Origin: an uncultured Anaerolineales bacterium
Lineage (GTDB): Bacteria; Chloroflexota; Anaerolineae; B4-G1
NCBI GenBank assembly: GCA_964421785.1
Contig: CAYQZG010000001.1
Coordinates: forward strand, 73,853 to 137,852
Reading direction: 5' to 3'
DNA length: 64,000 bases
Shown one piece after another: positions 46,652 to 56,284 of the stretch. The notes beneath the pieces are model-generated. The model did no database searches and had not been told where the DNA came from. It was given only the letters and a program-made list of their open reading frames with translations. Every line of letters starts with the position of its first letter. Position 1 is the first letter of the stretch. Made by a program: the position numbers and the translations under genes.

Positions 46652-48412
46652 TTAACCGCCGACATCATATAACCATTGCCGCATCTGCTCGCGACGTTGT
46701 TCAGGCTCGGCTGGCAGAGACAACGGACGACCTCGGGCATCAATAATGAGGCCAGTCAATCCTCCGCTCACGCGTCGCTTGCCGGTTTTTCCCTGTCCTC
46801 CAAGCCCGACATCGAAACCACGTTTTGGGCGCAGCTCCAGAACTGCCTCTTGCCCAAGAGGTAATGGTAAGACCTCCAAGTCTCCATGACGGACCTCGAT
46901 ATCCAATTCGCTTCCATCGTCGTATGAGACACTGACTCTCAGGATGGTGTCGCCCAGTTTAGCATCTCCTCCGACTGGTGTGACCACAGTAGCAAGATTG
47001 GTGAATACTCCGGCATCCAGGGCCTCCACTGCCGCTAGCGGCTTGACTGCCGCGACATTCCCCAGCGCTGGTGCAAGTCCATATGTATCCAACACGAGCG
47101 TGCTCACGCCGATCGGCTGCAGTGCGTTGAGCACGGCTAGAGCGGCTTGTCCAGGTCGGGGGGCTTGAGTCAGAGGAGCTCCGCTGATGAGAATGGTGTC
47201 GCACAGGGGCGTAAGGTCAGGGTAGGGTTGGGCAGTGCCAGGCTTCCAGCCCGGACGGGCTGTCTCGAGTGTGGTGCATATTGTCGCGCAAGTTAGTGCT
47301 TGTTCCACCCAGAGATCACGGTTCACCTGAGGGATGCTAGTCGGGTGCATTCTCTTGTTGATCAGCAATGCCTGGACTTGGTGATAGGGTATCGATTCAG
47401 GAAGCCAGCGGGCGATGGCCTCAAAGCCTTCTTCCTCTAGCAGACGCTCCCCTCCGAAGGCCGCGCCCAGGCCACCGTGGATAGTCGTGTAAAGCTGTTC
47501 GTCGAAGACGGCAGCTACTGTGGTATTGGCCCCTCCAGCGTCGATGCCCAGAACGCCCCTGGTTGGATCGCCCAGGTGCCATAGATACTGGATCAGTTGG
47601 CCAAATGCCTGCGCAGTCGGGGCAATGCGTACCGGGCTCCAGTCTGCCAGGGTAGCAAAGCCTGGAAGCTGTCGCATCTTCTGCTGTCTGAAGATGTTCT
47701 GGAGTTCCTGTTGGGCATCCTGTAGTTGCTCGACTTCGAGTATCGGGCGAACGTTGTCGACGACACGCAGCTTCGTCTCGTCACCGACGATTTCGGTAAC
47801 CTGCTGGCGCAGTCGTGAGTTGCCTGCGTAGAGAAGGGTGGGACGCTTTCTACGATCCATCATCGCGCACGCCAGTGTCGCGGCTTTCACAGCGTCCAGC
47901 ACAGGTCGCTCGGCACCCCCGTCAATTCCGCCGGTAAGGCAGATGACATCCGGTGTGGCGGCGCGGAGCAAACGAACGCGGTCTTCGTCGGTTAAGGTGA
48001 TTTCCTGGCCTTCGTCCAGAACAGCTATCACCCGAGAGTAGGTACCCGCAGCTGCGCGTTTGGCGCTCGCGATGCTGAGGCTCTCCACCAGACCGCTGAG
48101 CACGATTCCTAGCGGTTCGCTGGCGCTGACGGTGGCCGTAAAGGCGTCTACACCTCGTCGGCTCGTTGCCTGAGGGGAGATGAGATCGCCCGTCTCATCG
48201 AAGAATTTTCGGCCCGTTATTCGCGAAATGCGCTCCACAGCATGCCGTATACCATCTATGACGGTGGCTGGGGATGCCCCGAACGTAGTGGGCGCTTCTC
48301 CAGATGCTACAAAGCGATACTCGCCACCTATCCGATCAAGCAACATAGCTTTGGTCATCACGGTGCCGCAGTCGACGACGAGAATCGAACCGATACTTTC
48401 GTTTGCCACCAT
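46652..48412 (-). CDS. ASKHA (actin/Hsp70/sugar kinase) superfamily ATPase-like protein (MutL/EutA/FtsA-PilM-like)
   Basis: 586 aa; two phosphate-binding-type motifs at the start of each half (ILVVDCGTVMTKAML and LGIDAGGANTTVAAV), characteristic duplicated actin fold. Confidence 0.45.
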   Translation of the reverse strand: MVANESIGSILVVDCGTVMTKAMLLDRIGGEYRFVASGEAPTTFGASPATVIDGIRHAVERISRITGRKFFDETGDLISPQATSRRGVDAFTATVSASEPLGIVLSGLVESLSIASAKRAAAGTYSRVIAVLDEGQEITLTDEDRVRLLRAATPDVICLTGGIDGGAERPVLDAVKAATLACAMMDRRKRPTLLYAGNSRLRQQVTEIVGDETKLRVVDNVRPILEVEQLQDAQQELQNIFRQQKMRQLPGFATLADWSPVRIAPTAQAFGQLIQYLWHLGDPTRGVLGIDAGGANTTVAAVFDEQLYTTIHGGLGAAFGGERLLEEEGFEAIARWLPESIPYHQVQALLINKRMHPTSIPQVNRDLWVEQALTCATICTTLETARPGWKPGTAQPYPDLTPLCDTILISGAPLTQAPRPGQAALAVLNALQPIGVSTLVLDTYGLAPALGNVAAVKPLAAVEALDAGVFTNLATVVTPVGGDAKLGDTILRVSVSYDDGSELDIEVRHGDLEVLPLPLGQEAVLELRPKRGFDVGLGGQGKTGKRRVSGGLTGLIIDARGRPLSLPAEPEQRREQMRQWLYDVGG

Positions 48413-48423
48413 CGTGTTTCTCG

Positions 48424-49083
48424 CTAGAGTCCCATTGCCCTGAGGGCCAGATCGATGAAGTGCTCCATACGACCAACGAATATCGAAAGCGAAGCTGTGA
48501 GTGCTCCGGCAAAGGCCACGCCGAAGGTGAAGATCAGGAACACGCGGCCAACCCAGGCCGCTCCATCTACGATACTTCGCCAGACGAAGCTCCCTGCATG
48601 ACCTTCAGGCTTTGTGAAGGTGAAGGCCAGCAATGTGCATACCGTCCCTACGACGATCATCAGGCCATCTAGTGGGCCGAAGCGGTAGGATTTCAGGGAG
48701 GCTGGGCTAAGTGCCTGTCCCGTTGCTTCCACTTGAGGGGCGAGCGTTCCCAGCAGGGCCCCGGCGAGGGTGACGGCCGTTCCGACGCCGATGAGATAGG
48801 CGATGGAGAAGTTCCCAACAAATGCTTGTCTAGGGAATCCTTTGAAAAGCAATAGGATGCCGAGCACGAGCGGTATCAAGACGGCGGATGGGTTGGATAT
48901 CAGCTTTGGGAACGCCATCCGGATCAGTACCTCGCGCACGGTCACGCCAAGGGAATAGCCAACCACTACGCCGACAAAGATGTGTAGGGCCAGTCGATAG
49001 AGCGGGTTGTCGCCTACCAGATAGCTCAATATGAGCAGCATTAGTACTGCCCCCAGGATGGTGCCGACCAACTCGGGTATCAT
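48424..49083 (-). CDS. integral membrane protein, hypothetical
   Basis: 219 aa, about 6 TM helices; 4-nt overlap with upstream gene. Confidence 0.4.
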   Translation of the reverse strand: MIPELVGTILGAVLMLLILSYLVGDNPLYRLALHIFVGVVVGYSLGVTVREVLIRMAFPKLISNPSAVLIPLVLGILLLFKGFPRQAFVGNFSIAYLIGVGTAVTLAGALLGTLAPQVEATGQALSPASLKSYRFGPLDGLMIVVGTVCTLLAFTFTKPEGHAGSFVWRSIVDGAAWVGRVFLIFTFGVAFAGALTASLSIFVGRMEHFIDLALRAMGL

Positions 49084-51275
49084 GTCTCTTCCCCTTTGGT
49101 CCTCCCCAAAGCATGGACGAGGGCGCCAACGATCATCAGTACGACAATGGCGATGTGACCTGCTGCTAGCGCGTCGAGCCGCTGTGTGGCACTACCGACT
49201 GTTCCGCGGCGGGCCTCGTAAGCAGCGGCTCCTTTGAGGCCGTGAATGGCTCCTTCCAACTGCCCGGCGTTGGCGTCAAGGTAGGGGCTCGCAACAGGTT
49301 CCAAAGCTGCACTGCCAACGGCGACCACCGGTAGTTGGTCTCCATACCGCGCATTGGCTTGTTCAATCCAGAGGCGGAGCGGCGTCGGCCTACTGGTCAA
49401 TATGAGAAGCAGCCTAGGTGATCCGTCAGCAGTGCCCAATAACTGGGAGACGGCAGTTGCTGTTCCTGGTCGATAGCCGATGAACGTGTATTGGTCTCTG
49501 GAGTCGGCGATCTTGGCCATCATGGCCCGCGCCACCAGTGGACCATCGGGGCGGGTACTGGCGATTGAGATCTGTGCTCCGCGCTCAAGCACGTGCGTCA
49601 GAACTGGCTGTGCCACAGCACTAAGCTCGTCGGCTTCCGGTGGCCCATAGTCAAAGGCTACGAGGACGTGATCACCCACGTCAAGCTCATCGACAACACG
49701 ATGGAGATTTGTGACTCCTGGAGTCGTCAGTGGTTGGGTTAGAATGGTCCCCATGCCCGTCACCAGGGGGGCCAGGAGCATACTTAACACAGCGAGAATC
49801 AGGAAGCCCGCTACTAGCCAACGTTCAGCCAAGCTCGCAGTGTCGGTTGCTTTCCTTCTTACCCCACGTTTGGGCCTAATCGTTGGTTGAATCGCTGGTT
49901 GACCTAGCAGGCTCTGAAGCAGCTCGGCTCGGGCTAGGTTCGCCTCGCTGGTCTGAGGCGCTGGTGGACCTGCGAAAGTGTCGGGCGCGCCAATAGCGTG
50001 GGCCGCGGGAATCAGACCGCGCAATCCTCTCAACAGCCCTTCGGTCTCTAGGGGCCCTTGGACAGGCTCTTCGCCCTCATCCTGGCTTGGTCTCAGTTCC
50101 TGCAGCCAGTCGGGAATATCTGCACGTTCCAGATCCGCACTCCAATCCTCTTCTGTGACGTCTAGCTCCGCTGGGAACGGCGAAGCATCGTCATCCTCCT
50201 GGGTTGGCGTCATAAGCTCGGTCAACCAATCCGGCGTTTCGATAGTCTCAGGAGGTGCCTCTGTGAAGGGGGAAACAGGTTCTTCAGACGTTTCCTCTGG
50301 CTGAGCTTCGGCCTCTTGAAGCCAGGCGGGAATCTCAGCCGGTTCAGGAGGGGGTATCTCTGCTGCTGCCTCCGTCCGTTCAGGTTCATCAGGCACTAGA
50401 AGTTCTTTTCCTGCTGTAAGCTCTTCAGAAGGCTGTGGGCCCGCGCTGGCTTGTGCCTCCTTGAGCCAGTCGGGGATTTCGATGGCCGCGGATTCTGCAT
50501 CGCCGATTTCCGATTCCCTTTCTGCAGCTTCGCTCAACTCCGACGGCGCTGTTGTTTCTTCATCCAAAGGTGAGATATCTTGCAACCACCTTGGCATTTC
50601 CTCCAGATCAGGTTCCTCAGTCTCGGATCGGTCCGTCTCCCTTTCGTCGCCAAAGGGCTCCTGCATCCTCGGTGGTTCGTCCTCTGGAATGGGGGATGTT
50701 TCCTCGCTGATTGGGCCCAAGTCACGAAGCCAGTCCGGGATCTCGGCTGGTTCTGGAGTTGCTTCTTCGGGAGTTCTATCTGGCGGTGAAGCCTCCATGC
50801 TGGTCTGACGTGGGGACTCTTCGCTGATCGATCCCAGGTCACTCAGCCAATCGGGGATGTTGGCTGGCTCCAATGGCTCTTCATCATCTTCGATATGCTC
50901 GTCGTCTTCGACGATCTCAGGTTGTTGGTTTGTAGACTCTCGGAGCTCATCCAGCCAGTCTTCTGATGTCGATTCCTCTTGCTCGATCGATTCGACGGTG
51001 GGCTTCTCCTGTTCTCCTGCCGTCTCATCCAATGGAATAGTTGGCAGCGAGAACCCTTTGATCGGCCTTGTCTTCTCCTCTGATTCCTCCTCTTCAGGTT
51101 CAGATGACATTGGCACGAGGCGCGCATTACATTTCTGGCAGTAGACGTTGCCGACGGCGTTGATGGTGTCACACATGGGGCAGCGCATGCCGGTACTTGG
51201 CAGTGGCTCGCCGCACTCATTGCAGAAGCGGCTGCCTTTTCGATTGGATGTTCCGCAGTTGGGGCAATAGATCAT
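49080..51275 (-). CDS. double zinc-ribbon membrane protein with acidic region carrying 7 tandem 'IPDWL' repeats and a C-terminal extracytoplasmic domain
   Basis: N-terminus CPNCG...CNECG and CPMCD...CQKCN; repeats ANIPDWLSDLG / AEIPDWLRDLG / EEMPRWLQDIS / IEIPDWLKEAQ / AEIPAWLQEAE / IETPDWLTELM / ADIPDWLQELR; TM helix then about 250-aa domain and terminal TM. Confidence 0.55.
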   Translation of the reverse strand: MIYCPNCGTSNRKGSRFCNECGEPLPSTGMRCPMCDTINAVGNVYCQKCNARLVPMSSEPEEEESEEKTRPIKGFSLPTIPLDETAGEQEKPTVESIEQEESTSEDWLDELRESTNQQPEIVEDDEHIEDDEEPLEPANIPDWLSDLGSISEESPRQTSMEASPPDRTPEEATPEPAEIPDWLRDLGPISEETSPIPEDEPPRMQEPFGDERETDRSETEEPDLEEMPRWLQDISPLDEETTAPSELSEAAERESEIGDAESAAIEIPDWLKEAQASAGPQPSEELTAGKELLVPDEPERTEAAAEIPPPEPAEIPAWLQEAEAQPEETSEEPVSPFTEAPPETIETPDWLTELMTPTQEDDDASPFPAELDVTEEDWSADLERADIPDWLQELRPSQDEGEEPVQGPLETEGLLRGLRGLIPAAHAIGAPDTFAGPPAPQTSEANLARAELLQSLLGQPAIQPTIRPKRGVRRKATDTASLAERWLVAGFLILAVLSMLLAPLVTGMGTILTQPLTTPGVTNLHRVVDELDVGDHVLVAFDYGPPEADELSAVAQPVLTHVLERGAQISIASTRPDGPLVARAMMAKIADSRDQYTFIGYRPGTATAVSQLLGTADGSPRLLLILTSRPTPLRLWIEQANARYGDQLPVVAVGSAALEPVASPYLDANAGQLEGAIHGLKGAAAYEARRGTVGSATQRLDALAAGHIAIVVLMIVGALVHALGRTKGEET

Positions 51276-51285
51276 CAGATCACCA

Positions 51286-51909
51286 TCAGAACTCGCTGTG
51301 GGGACGCTCGATACCCAGCAGGACTCTCACGCCCGTGATCACCGTGCCAAGCGCGACACCAAGGAGTAGGCCTCGGATCCCAGCCATCCCAGGCACGTGA
51401 ATCAGCCAGTGGCGAACTTCGCTCAGCCACTCGAAGCCTAGGAGGGGAGTCGTGCCCAGGAGAGACAAAGCCACAACCAAGACGAAGAGTAGGGAAGCTG
51501 GGGTCGGTCGATGTCGCAGCAATCGAACAGCAGACAGCGTCAGGGTGAAGACCACAAGCGCGGCAAGCGATCCCCCGAGCGGGGTGATGACGTAATCTAG
51601 CATCGCCTGTGTCATCTCACCGGAGGGGCCATAGAAGAGTGGGGGAATCCAGGATAGCAGGGCGGCCAAGAGCAGGACCAAACTGTGCAATCGCTCTTCT
51701 CCGGAGCCAAGTATCCGCTGACCATGGACTCGGAGAATGTTGAATATACCGAGGATGAGGGCGAAGGCACCGATGATCACGGCCCACTCGATGAGTTGAT
51801 CGCGGCAGGTGGACAGTATCGTTCCCGGAAACAGGTAGCCAGCCAGCGTGAGAAGCCCACTGACGGTTGCGAAGAAGATGGGTATCCACTTCCTAGTGAT
51901 ACGTCTCAT
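51286..51909 (-). CDS. integral membrane protein, hypothetical
   Basis: 207 aa, multi-TM. Confidence 0.4.
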   Translation of the reverse strand: MRRITRKWIPIFFATVSGLLTLAGYLFPGTILSTCRDQLIEWAVIIGAFALILGIFNILRVHGQRILGSGEERLHSLVLLLAALLSWIPPLFYGPSGEMTQAMLDYVITPLGGSLAALVVFTLTLSAVRLLRHRPTPASLLFVLVVALSLLGTTPLLGFEWLSEVRHWLIHVPGMAGIRGLLLGVALGTVITGVRVLLGIERPHSEF

Positions 51910-51954
51910 GGCCTTTGCCTTCCGTGGATCAACTGCTGTGAGACTTGACGCGCA

Positions 51955-52713
51955 CTAGCTTCCGATGAGGGCCAGAACTGCTGTTCCCAGGATAGCTAGT
52001 GCCAAGATGAATCTTAGGATGTCCTCGCTGATCAAGCTCGTTATATATTCCTTCTTCTCGGTGATCTGGGCCCCGGCGGCGTACAGTTCCTCTCCCACAG
52101 CGAGACGGTCGACGGCGGCGTACAGGGCGCCGGTCGCCTGCGCGGTATCGACGGCAGCCATCTTTGGCTTGCTGCGCCGATCACTCATGTCTGCAATAAG
52201 GGATACTTCAGATCCAAAAGCACCTGCCAGTATGTTGGCGGTCGCATCCTCTGGTGCTCCTACAGGGATGGCTCCGGCAGAGTATGCGAGGGAAGAAGGG
52301 GCGACAAAGCGAACTTGGCTCGCATCGTAGAACTCGGCAATCTGCCTACGCTCATAGGCTCGGCGCAGCACGTCTTGAGCCAAAGGGAGAAGCGTGGCAT
52401 CGCCAACTGTGATGATTGGCGCAACGTCGTACGAAACCGCTGCGTCGACCAATCCTTCCAACACCTGAAGTCCTGCTAAGGAGGAGATTGAATTCTCGCT
52501 GCTCAGTCCTCCGCTTCCCAGAGCGATGTGGAGCGGCCTACCGCTCTCGGCCGCTCGCCCAAGCTCGTCCTGCAGATCCTTGAAGGCAGGGATCTGCCGT
52601 AGGTGGGGATTCTCCTCTCTTCGACGATGAAGAATCGTGAGCACGATCAACACGAGCGCGCTGAGAAGCAGGAAAACAAGGGCCCACGCTGTAGGACTAA
52701 GGAAATCACTCAT
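51955..52713 (-). CDS. bitopic/membrane-anchored hypothetical protein
   Basis: 252 aa, N- and C-terminal TM helices flanking soluble domain. Confidence 0.4.
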   Translation of the reverse strand: MSDFLSPTAWALVFLLLSALVLIVLTILHRRREENPHLRQIPAFKDLQDELGRAAESGRPLHIALGSGGLSSENSISSLAGLQVLEGLVDAAVSYDVAPIITVGDATLLPLAQDVLRRAYERRQIAEFYDASQVRFVAPSSLAYSAGAIPVGAPEDATANILAGAFGSEVSLIADMSDRRSKPKMAAVDTAQATGALYAAVDRLAVGEELYAAGAQITEKKEYITSLISEDILRFILALAILGTAVLALIGS

Positions 52714-52984
52714 CGCTGCTATGTCCTCGGATCAGTCGGTTTCTCAAGTGCGCCCGCACTTCGGAGTTACCCCATAGATGTGCGGCCTGCTCAATCTGCT
52801 TGTTAGATACATCTCTCACCAGTGGCTCTAGAGCTAAGAGAGCCTGATGGCCCAAGAAACCAAAGGTATCGACAATCTCGAGAAGAGACAAAGCCACTGA
52901 AGATAGGCCATTTGACTCGATCAACTCCGCCCATCGATCAGCTTGTGTCTGTTTTTCTTGCTTACCATTCACATTTAGATTCAA
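52706..52984 (-). CDS. small hypothetical protein, first gene of operon (coding status uncertain)
   Basis: 92 aa; 8-nt overlap (ATGAGTGA) with next gene suggests translational coupling, but GC3 is low. Confidence 0.25.
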   Translation of the reverse strand: MNLNVNGKQEKQTQADRWAELIESNGLSSVALSLLEIVDTFGFLGHQALLALEPLVRDVSNKQIEQAAHLWGNSEVRAHLRNRLIRGHSSDE

Positions 52985-53109
52985 GGTGAGTATATTCGAG
53001 ATATCGAAGTGCCAGCCATGTAGTCTCAGTATAGCACGATTTCGGGGGGGTGTAAAGTGCGCTGGAAGATTGTCTCTGCGTGTGGTTTGTCAATTCTTGC
53101 TTCTATGCT

Positions 53110-54288
53110 ATGATATCCATCGATACTAAGACTATGACTGAGGAATCTGATATCTCTCTTCCGTCTCAAGAGCCTCGCCACTGTCCTGTCTGTGGCATTC
53201 GAGTGGCTGCCAAGGCATCAGAGTGTCTGATGTGTGGGGCTTCTCTTGTAGAGGAAGAGCCTGAGCAAGACGAGGAGAAAGAACGTACGATACCGAGCTG
53301 GGTTGGGTCTGTTGCTGTGGTTGTGTTGGCCCTAGTCATCCTGGGTGCCGGCGGTTTTGGTCTCTATACGATGCTGGCCGTCGAACCCGAGCCAGAGCCG
53401 GTGGTGGTAGCAGTCACCCCCTCTCCAACATCCACGCCCGTAGCGAGCCCCAAGCCTAGTGACACGCCAGTGCCTACTTCCACTCCCACGCCTCTCCCCC
53501 CACGCGCTTATGATGTGCGAGAGGGGGAGACGTTGAGCGATATCGCCGATCTGTATGCGTTGACGGTTGAAGAAATCCTGGCTTTGAATCCCGATGTGGA
53601 TCCGGAGCTCATCCAGCCGGGACAGGTGTTGCTTATTCCAGCGCCCACGCCGACAGCGGACACCTCGCTTTCCGGTGAAGGGGATGGCTTGGAGTCGGCG
53701 CCAGGTGAGTTTGTGGTTCACGTCGTCAGTTCAGGCGAGACGTTGAGCTCTATTGCCGAGGAATACGGTGTGCCTGTGTCCATCATCCGTACTGCCAATG
53801 ACATATCGCCGGATGATGAGACGATCCGCGCTGAGCAATCCCTCGTCATTCCCTTGAGCACCCATACTCCGACTTCAACACCGACCGTCGATCCAAATGC
53901 CACGATGACACCGGTGCCATCCTACACATCACCTCCGCTGCTCTACCCGCCCGACGGAGCGGTCTTGACAGATGTAGTTCCTGTGCTGTTGCAGTGGGCT
54001 TCGATAAGCGTACTCGAGGGTGATGAGTGGTATGAGCTCTATGTGTGGCAACCGGCGGATGACGTGGTGTCGAGTACTGTCCGCACGCGCGCCACAGCTT
54101 GGCGTGTGCCGTTTGACTTGCTACAGAAGGCCGATGGCGATGCGCCGGAGTTCCATTGGCGGGTCCAAGTGGTGCGGGAATCCGCAGATCAGGTCTATGA
54201 GGAGGCTGGTGCTCCCAGTGCAGCGTATTCGTTTGTGTGGCAAGGGCCGGCGCCGACTCAGCTGACTCCTACGATATCCGCCCCTTAG
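53110..54288 (+). CDS. zinc-ribbon + TM + two LysM domains + C-terminal domain envelope protein
   Basis: CPVCG...CLMCG zinc ribbon; TM (VAVVVLALVILGAGGFGL); PT linkers; two LysM motifs (YDVREGETLSDIADLY..., HVVSSGETLSSIAEEY...). Confidence 0.6.
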   Translation: MISIDTKTMTEESDISLPSQEPRHCPVCGIRVAAKASECLMCGASLVEEEPEQDEEKERTIPSWVGSVAVVVLALVILGAGGFGLYTMLAVEPEPEPVVVAVTPSPTSTPVASPKPSDTPVPTSTPTPLPPRAYDVREGETLSDIADLYALTVEEILALNPDVDPELIQPGQVLLIPAPTPTADTSLSGEGDGLESAPGEFVVHVVSSGETLSSIAEEYGVPVSIIRTANDISPDDETIRAEQSLVIPLSTHTPTSTPTVDPNATMTPVPSYTSPPLLYPPDGAVLTDVVPVLLQWASISVLEGDEWYELYVWQPADDVVSSTVRTRATAWRVPFDLLQKADGDAPEFHWRVQVVRESADQVYEEAGAPSAAYSFVWQGPAPTQLTPTISAP

Positions 54289-54500
54289 GTCTCCTTCGAG
54301 CTTATCGATCGCGACGTTTGGCACTCAAGAGTGTCGGCAATCCTGTTGGACCTACTGGGTTTTCCTCCCTTCGATGGCCTGGATGAGTTCCGCAGCAGCG
54401 GCCCGCTGCAAGAGGGTGTCGAAGGCTTGCTTGACGCAGGCTGGGCCACAGACTATAATCCTCATTGTCATCATGCTGACCTGTGAATTGTGAGGCCTGA

Positions 54501-55322
54501 TTGGACACTGATCGACAACAACGCTCCGTGAATCCCGACCGTTATGATGAAGCTTATTTCCTGAGCGCTTGTGAAGGGTACGAAGAGTTCGTATCCAGTG
54601 AGGGGCGGTGCCTGTCACACCGATTGGAGCAGGCTTTCGCTGCGGCGGAGGTGACCCCCGGCATGAAGGTGCTGGATATTGGCTGTGGTCGGGGGGAGAT
54701 TCTCCGTCGTTGCCTCCGCCTCGGAGCGGAGGCCTATGGCATCGACTATTCGGCTGTTGCTGCTCGAATGGCGTTTGAACTCGCCAAGGATGGTGAAGAG
54801 GCGAGGATCAGCTTGGCCGATGCCAAGATCCTGCCATTTCGGAGTGGTTCTTTTGATAGAGTATTGATGTTTGACTTGGTTGAGCACCTGTACCCATGGG
54901 AGCTGCGTCAAGCTTTGTCAGAGGCGCGACGTGTATTGCGATCCAAAGGGCGGTTGATCGTTCACACCGCTCCTAATGTCTGGTATGATCGGTATGCCTA
55001 TCCTGTGGTGCGGTGGGTGCGGATTCTGATGGGAGAGGGTCACAACTATCCTCGAGACCCACGTGCCATCATCCCTGTCAACCTAGATGTTCACGTCAAT
55101 GAGCAGAGCGCTTTAAGTCTGCAGCGCGCGCTGAGCGAGGCTGATTTCCGTGCCCGCGTGTGGTTAGACACGCCCCCACAAGATCGAGATGAGAGTTTCT
55201 TGTTCCAGCTTGCTCGCCACGTCTTGTTCAATTGGCCCCCTTTTCGCTGGTTCTTTGAACGGGAAGTGTTTGCGGTGGCGAGTGTCCACGATAAGAGAGA
55301 TGAAAGACCGCCGTACGGTTGA
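54501..55322 (+). CDS. class I SAM-dependent methyltransferase
   Basis: Motif I VLDIGCGRGE, motif II/III (RVLMFDLVEHL, GRLIVHT). Confidence 0.8.
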   Translation: MDTDRQQRSVNPDRYDEAYFLSACEGYEEFVSSEGRCLSHRLEQAFAAAEVTPGMKVLDIGCGRGEILRRCLRLGAEAYGIDYSAVAARMAFELAKDGEEARISLADAKILPFRSGSFDRVLMFDLVEHLYPWELRQALSEARRVLRSKGRLIVHTAPNVWYDRYAYPVVRWVRILMGEGHNYPRDPRAIIPVNLDVHVNEQSALSLQRALSEADFRARVWLDTPPQDRDESFLFQLARHVLFNWPPFRWFFEREVFAVASVHDKRDERPPYG

Positions 55323-56271
55323 TGAACTATCTATAGAGGAGCTGGAGGAGCTTCTGCGCCTCCGCAAACGACAGGAGCGTTTGCGGCGTCTGCGCGAGCG
55401 TGACAAGGAGGCAGCTTCCCTGGATCCGCTGGCCCAAGCAAGACCAGGCGGCCCTTCTAGTCCCTCGCTACCCAAGGCACACCGACGGTTCCAGGACACC
55501 GGCGCTACGATGCAGTATCGGGCTCGTACCGTGTCCGACCCGGCCGAGGGCAGATGCGCGGAGGGAGCTCCAGAGCAGCGTAGTTTCCGCATTCACTGGA
55601 GCTGGCTGCGCGATAAGGGCTTGCTTGTGGTTGAGTTAGGGGTATTGACAGCGTTGATCCTTGTCCTGGTCGGTTCGCTGGCAACCTTGCGCGAGATCAA
55701 CCAAACATCCAGTCGCGCACAGGTGTTGCCGACCCTGACACCAACCCCGCCGATTCAGGTGGTGTTGCCGGGCGGTCATACCCCACCGGACTCGCCAGGG
55801 GGGCCTGCTCCGGCGGAGATCCCGGCTCACCTGCAGGATCTGGTGGGTGCTATTACGCCATTGCCCGTTCCAACAGCTGGGCCGGAGCAGGCGACTCGTA
55901 TTCAGATCCCGGTTATCGGCGTGGATGCGCCCGTGGTGGAGGGGGATGACTGGGAGACGCTCAAGCGGGGGGCGGGGCATCACCTCGGTAGTGCAAATCC
56001 TGGCGAACGAGGCAACTGTGTTATATCAGCTCATAATGATATCTTCGGCGAGATCTTCCGTGATTTGCCGGACCTTAGTTTGGGTGACGAGGTAATCGTT
56101 CACACAGCAAGCCGGCCTTATCGCTACGTTGTCACGCAGAAGCGCATCATTGAGCCGACCGAGGTAGATGTGATGGAGCCTACATCTTCTTCAATTCTGA
56201 CGCTTGTCTCGTGTTATCCGTACGGTATTGATACGCATCGTATTGTTGTCGTTGGAGAGTTGAAACCATAA
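55300..56271 (+). CDS. sortase (class E-like transpeptidase) with N-terminal membrane anchor
   Basis: Catalytic His region (ISAHNDIFGEIF), TLXTC motif (LTLVSCYP), conserved Arg downstream; N-terminal TM. Start overlaps methyltransferase stop by 23 nt. Confidence 0.75.
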   Translation: MKDRRTVDELSIEELEELLRLRKRQERLRRLRERDKEAASLDPLAQARPGGPSSPSLPKAHRRFQDTGATMQYRARTVSDPAEGRCAEGAPEQRSFRIHWSWLRDKGLLVVELGVLTALILVLVGSLATLREINQTSSRAQVLPTLTPTPPIQVVLPGGHTPPDSPGGPAPAEIPAHLQDLVGAITPLPVPTAGPEQATRIQIPVIGVDAPVVEGDDWETLKRGAGHHLGSANPGERGNCVISAHNDIFGEIFRDLPDLSLGDEVIVHTASRPYRYVVTQKRIIEPTEVDVMEPTSSSILTLVSCYPYGIDTHRIVVVGELKP

Positions 56272-56284
56272 AGGAGGAGTAGTA

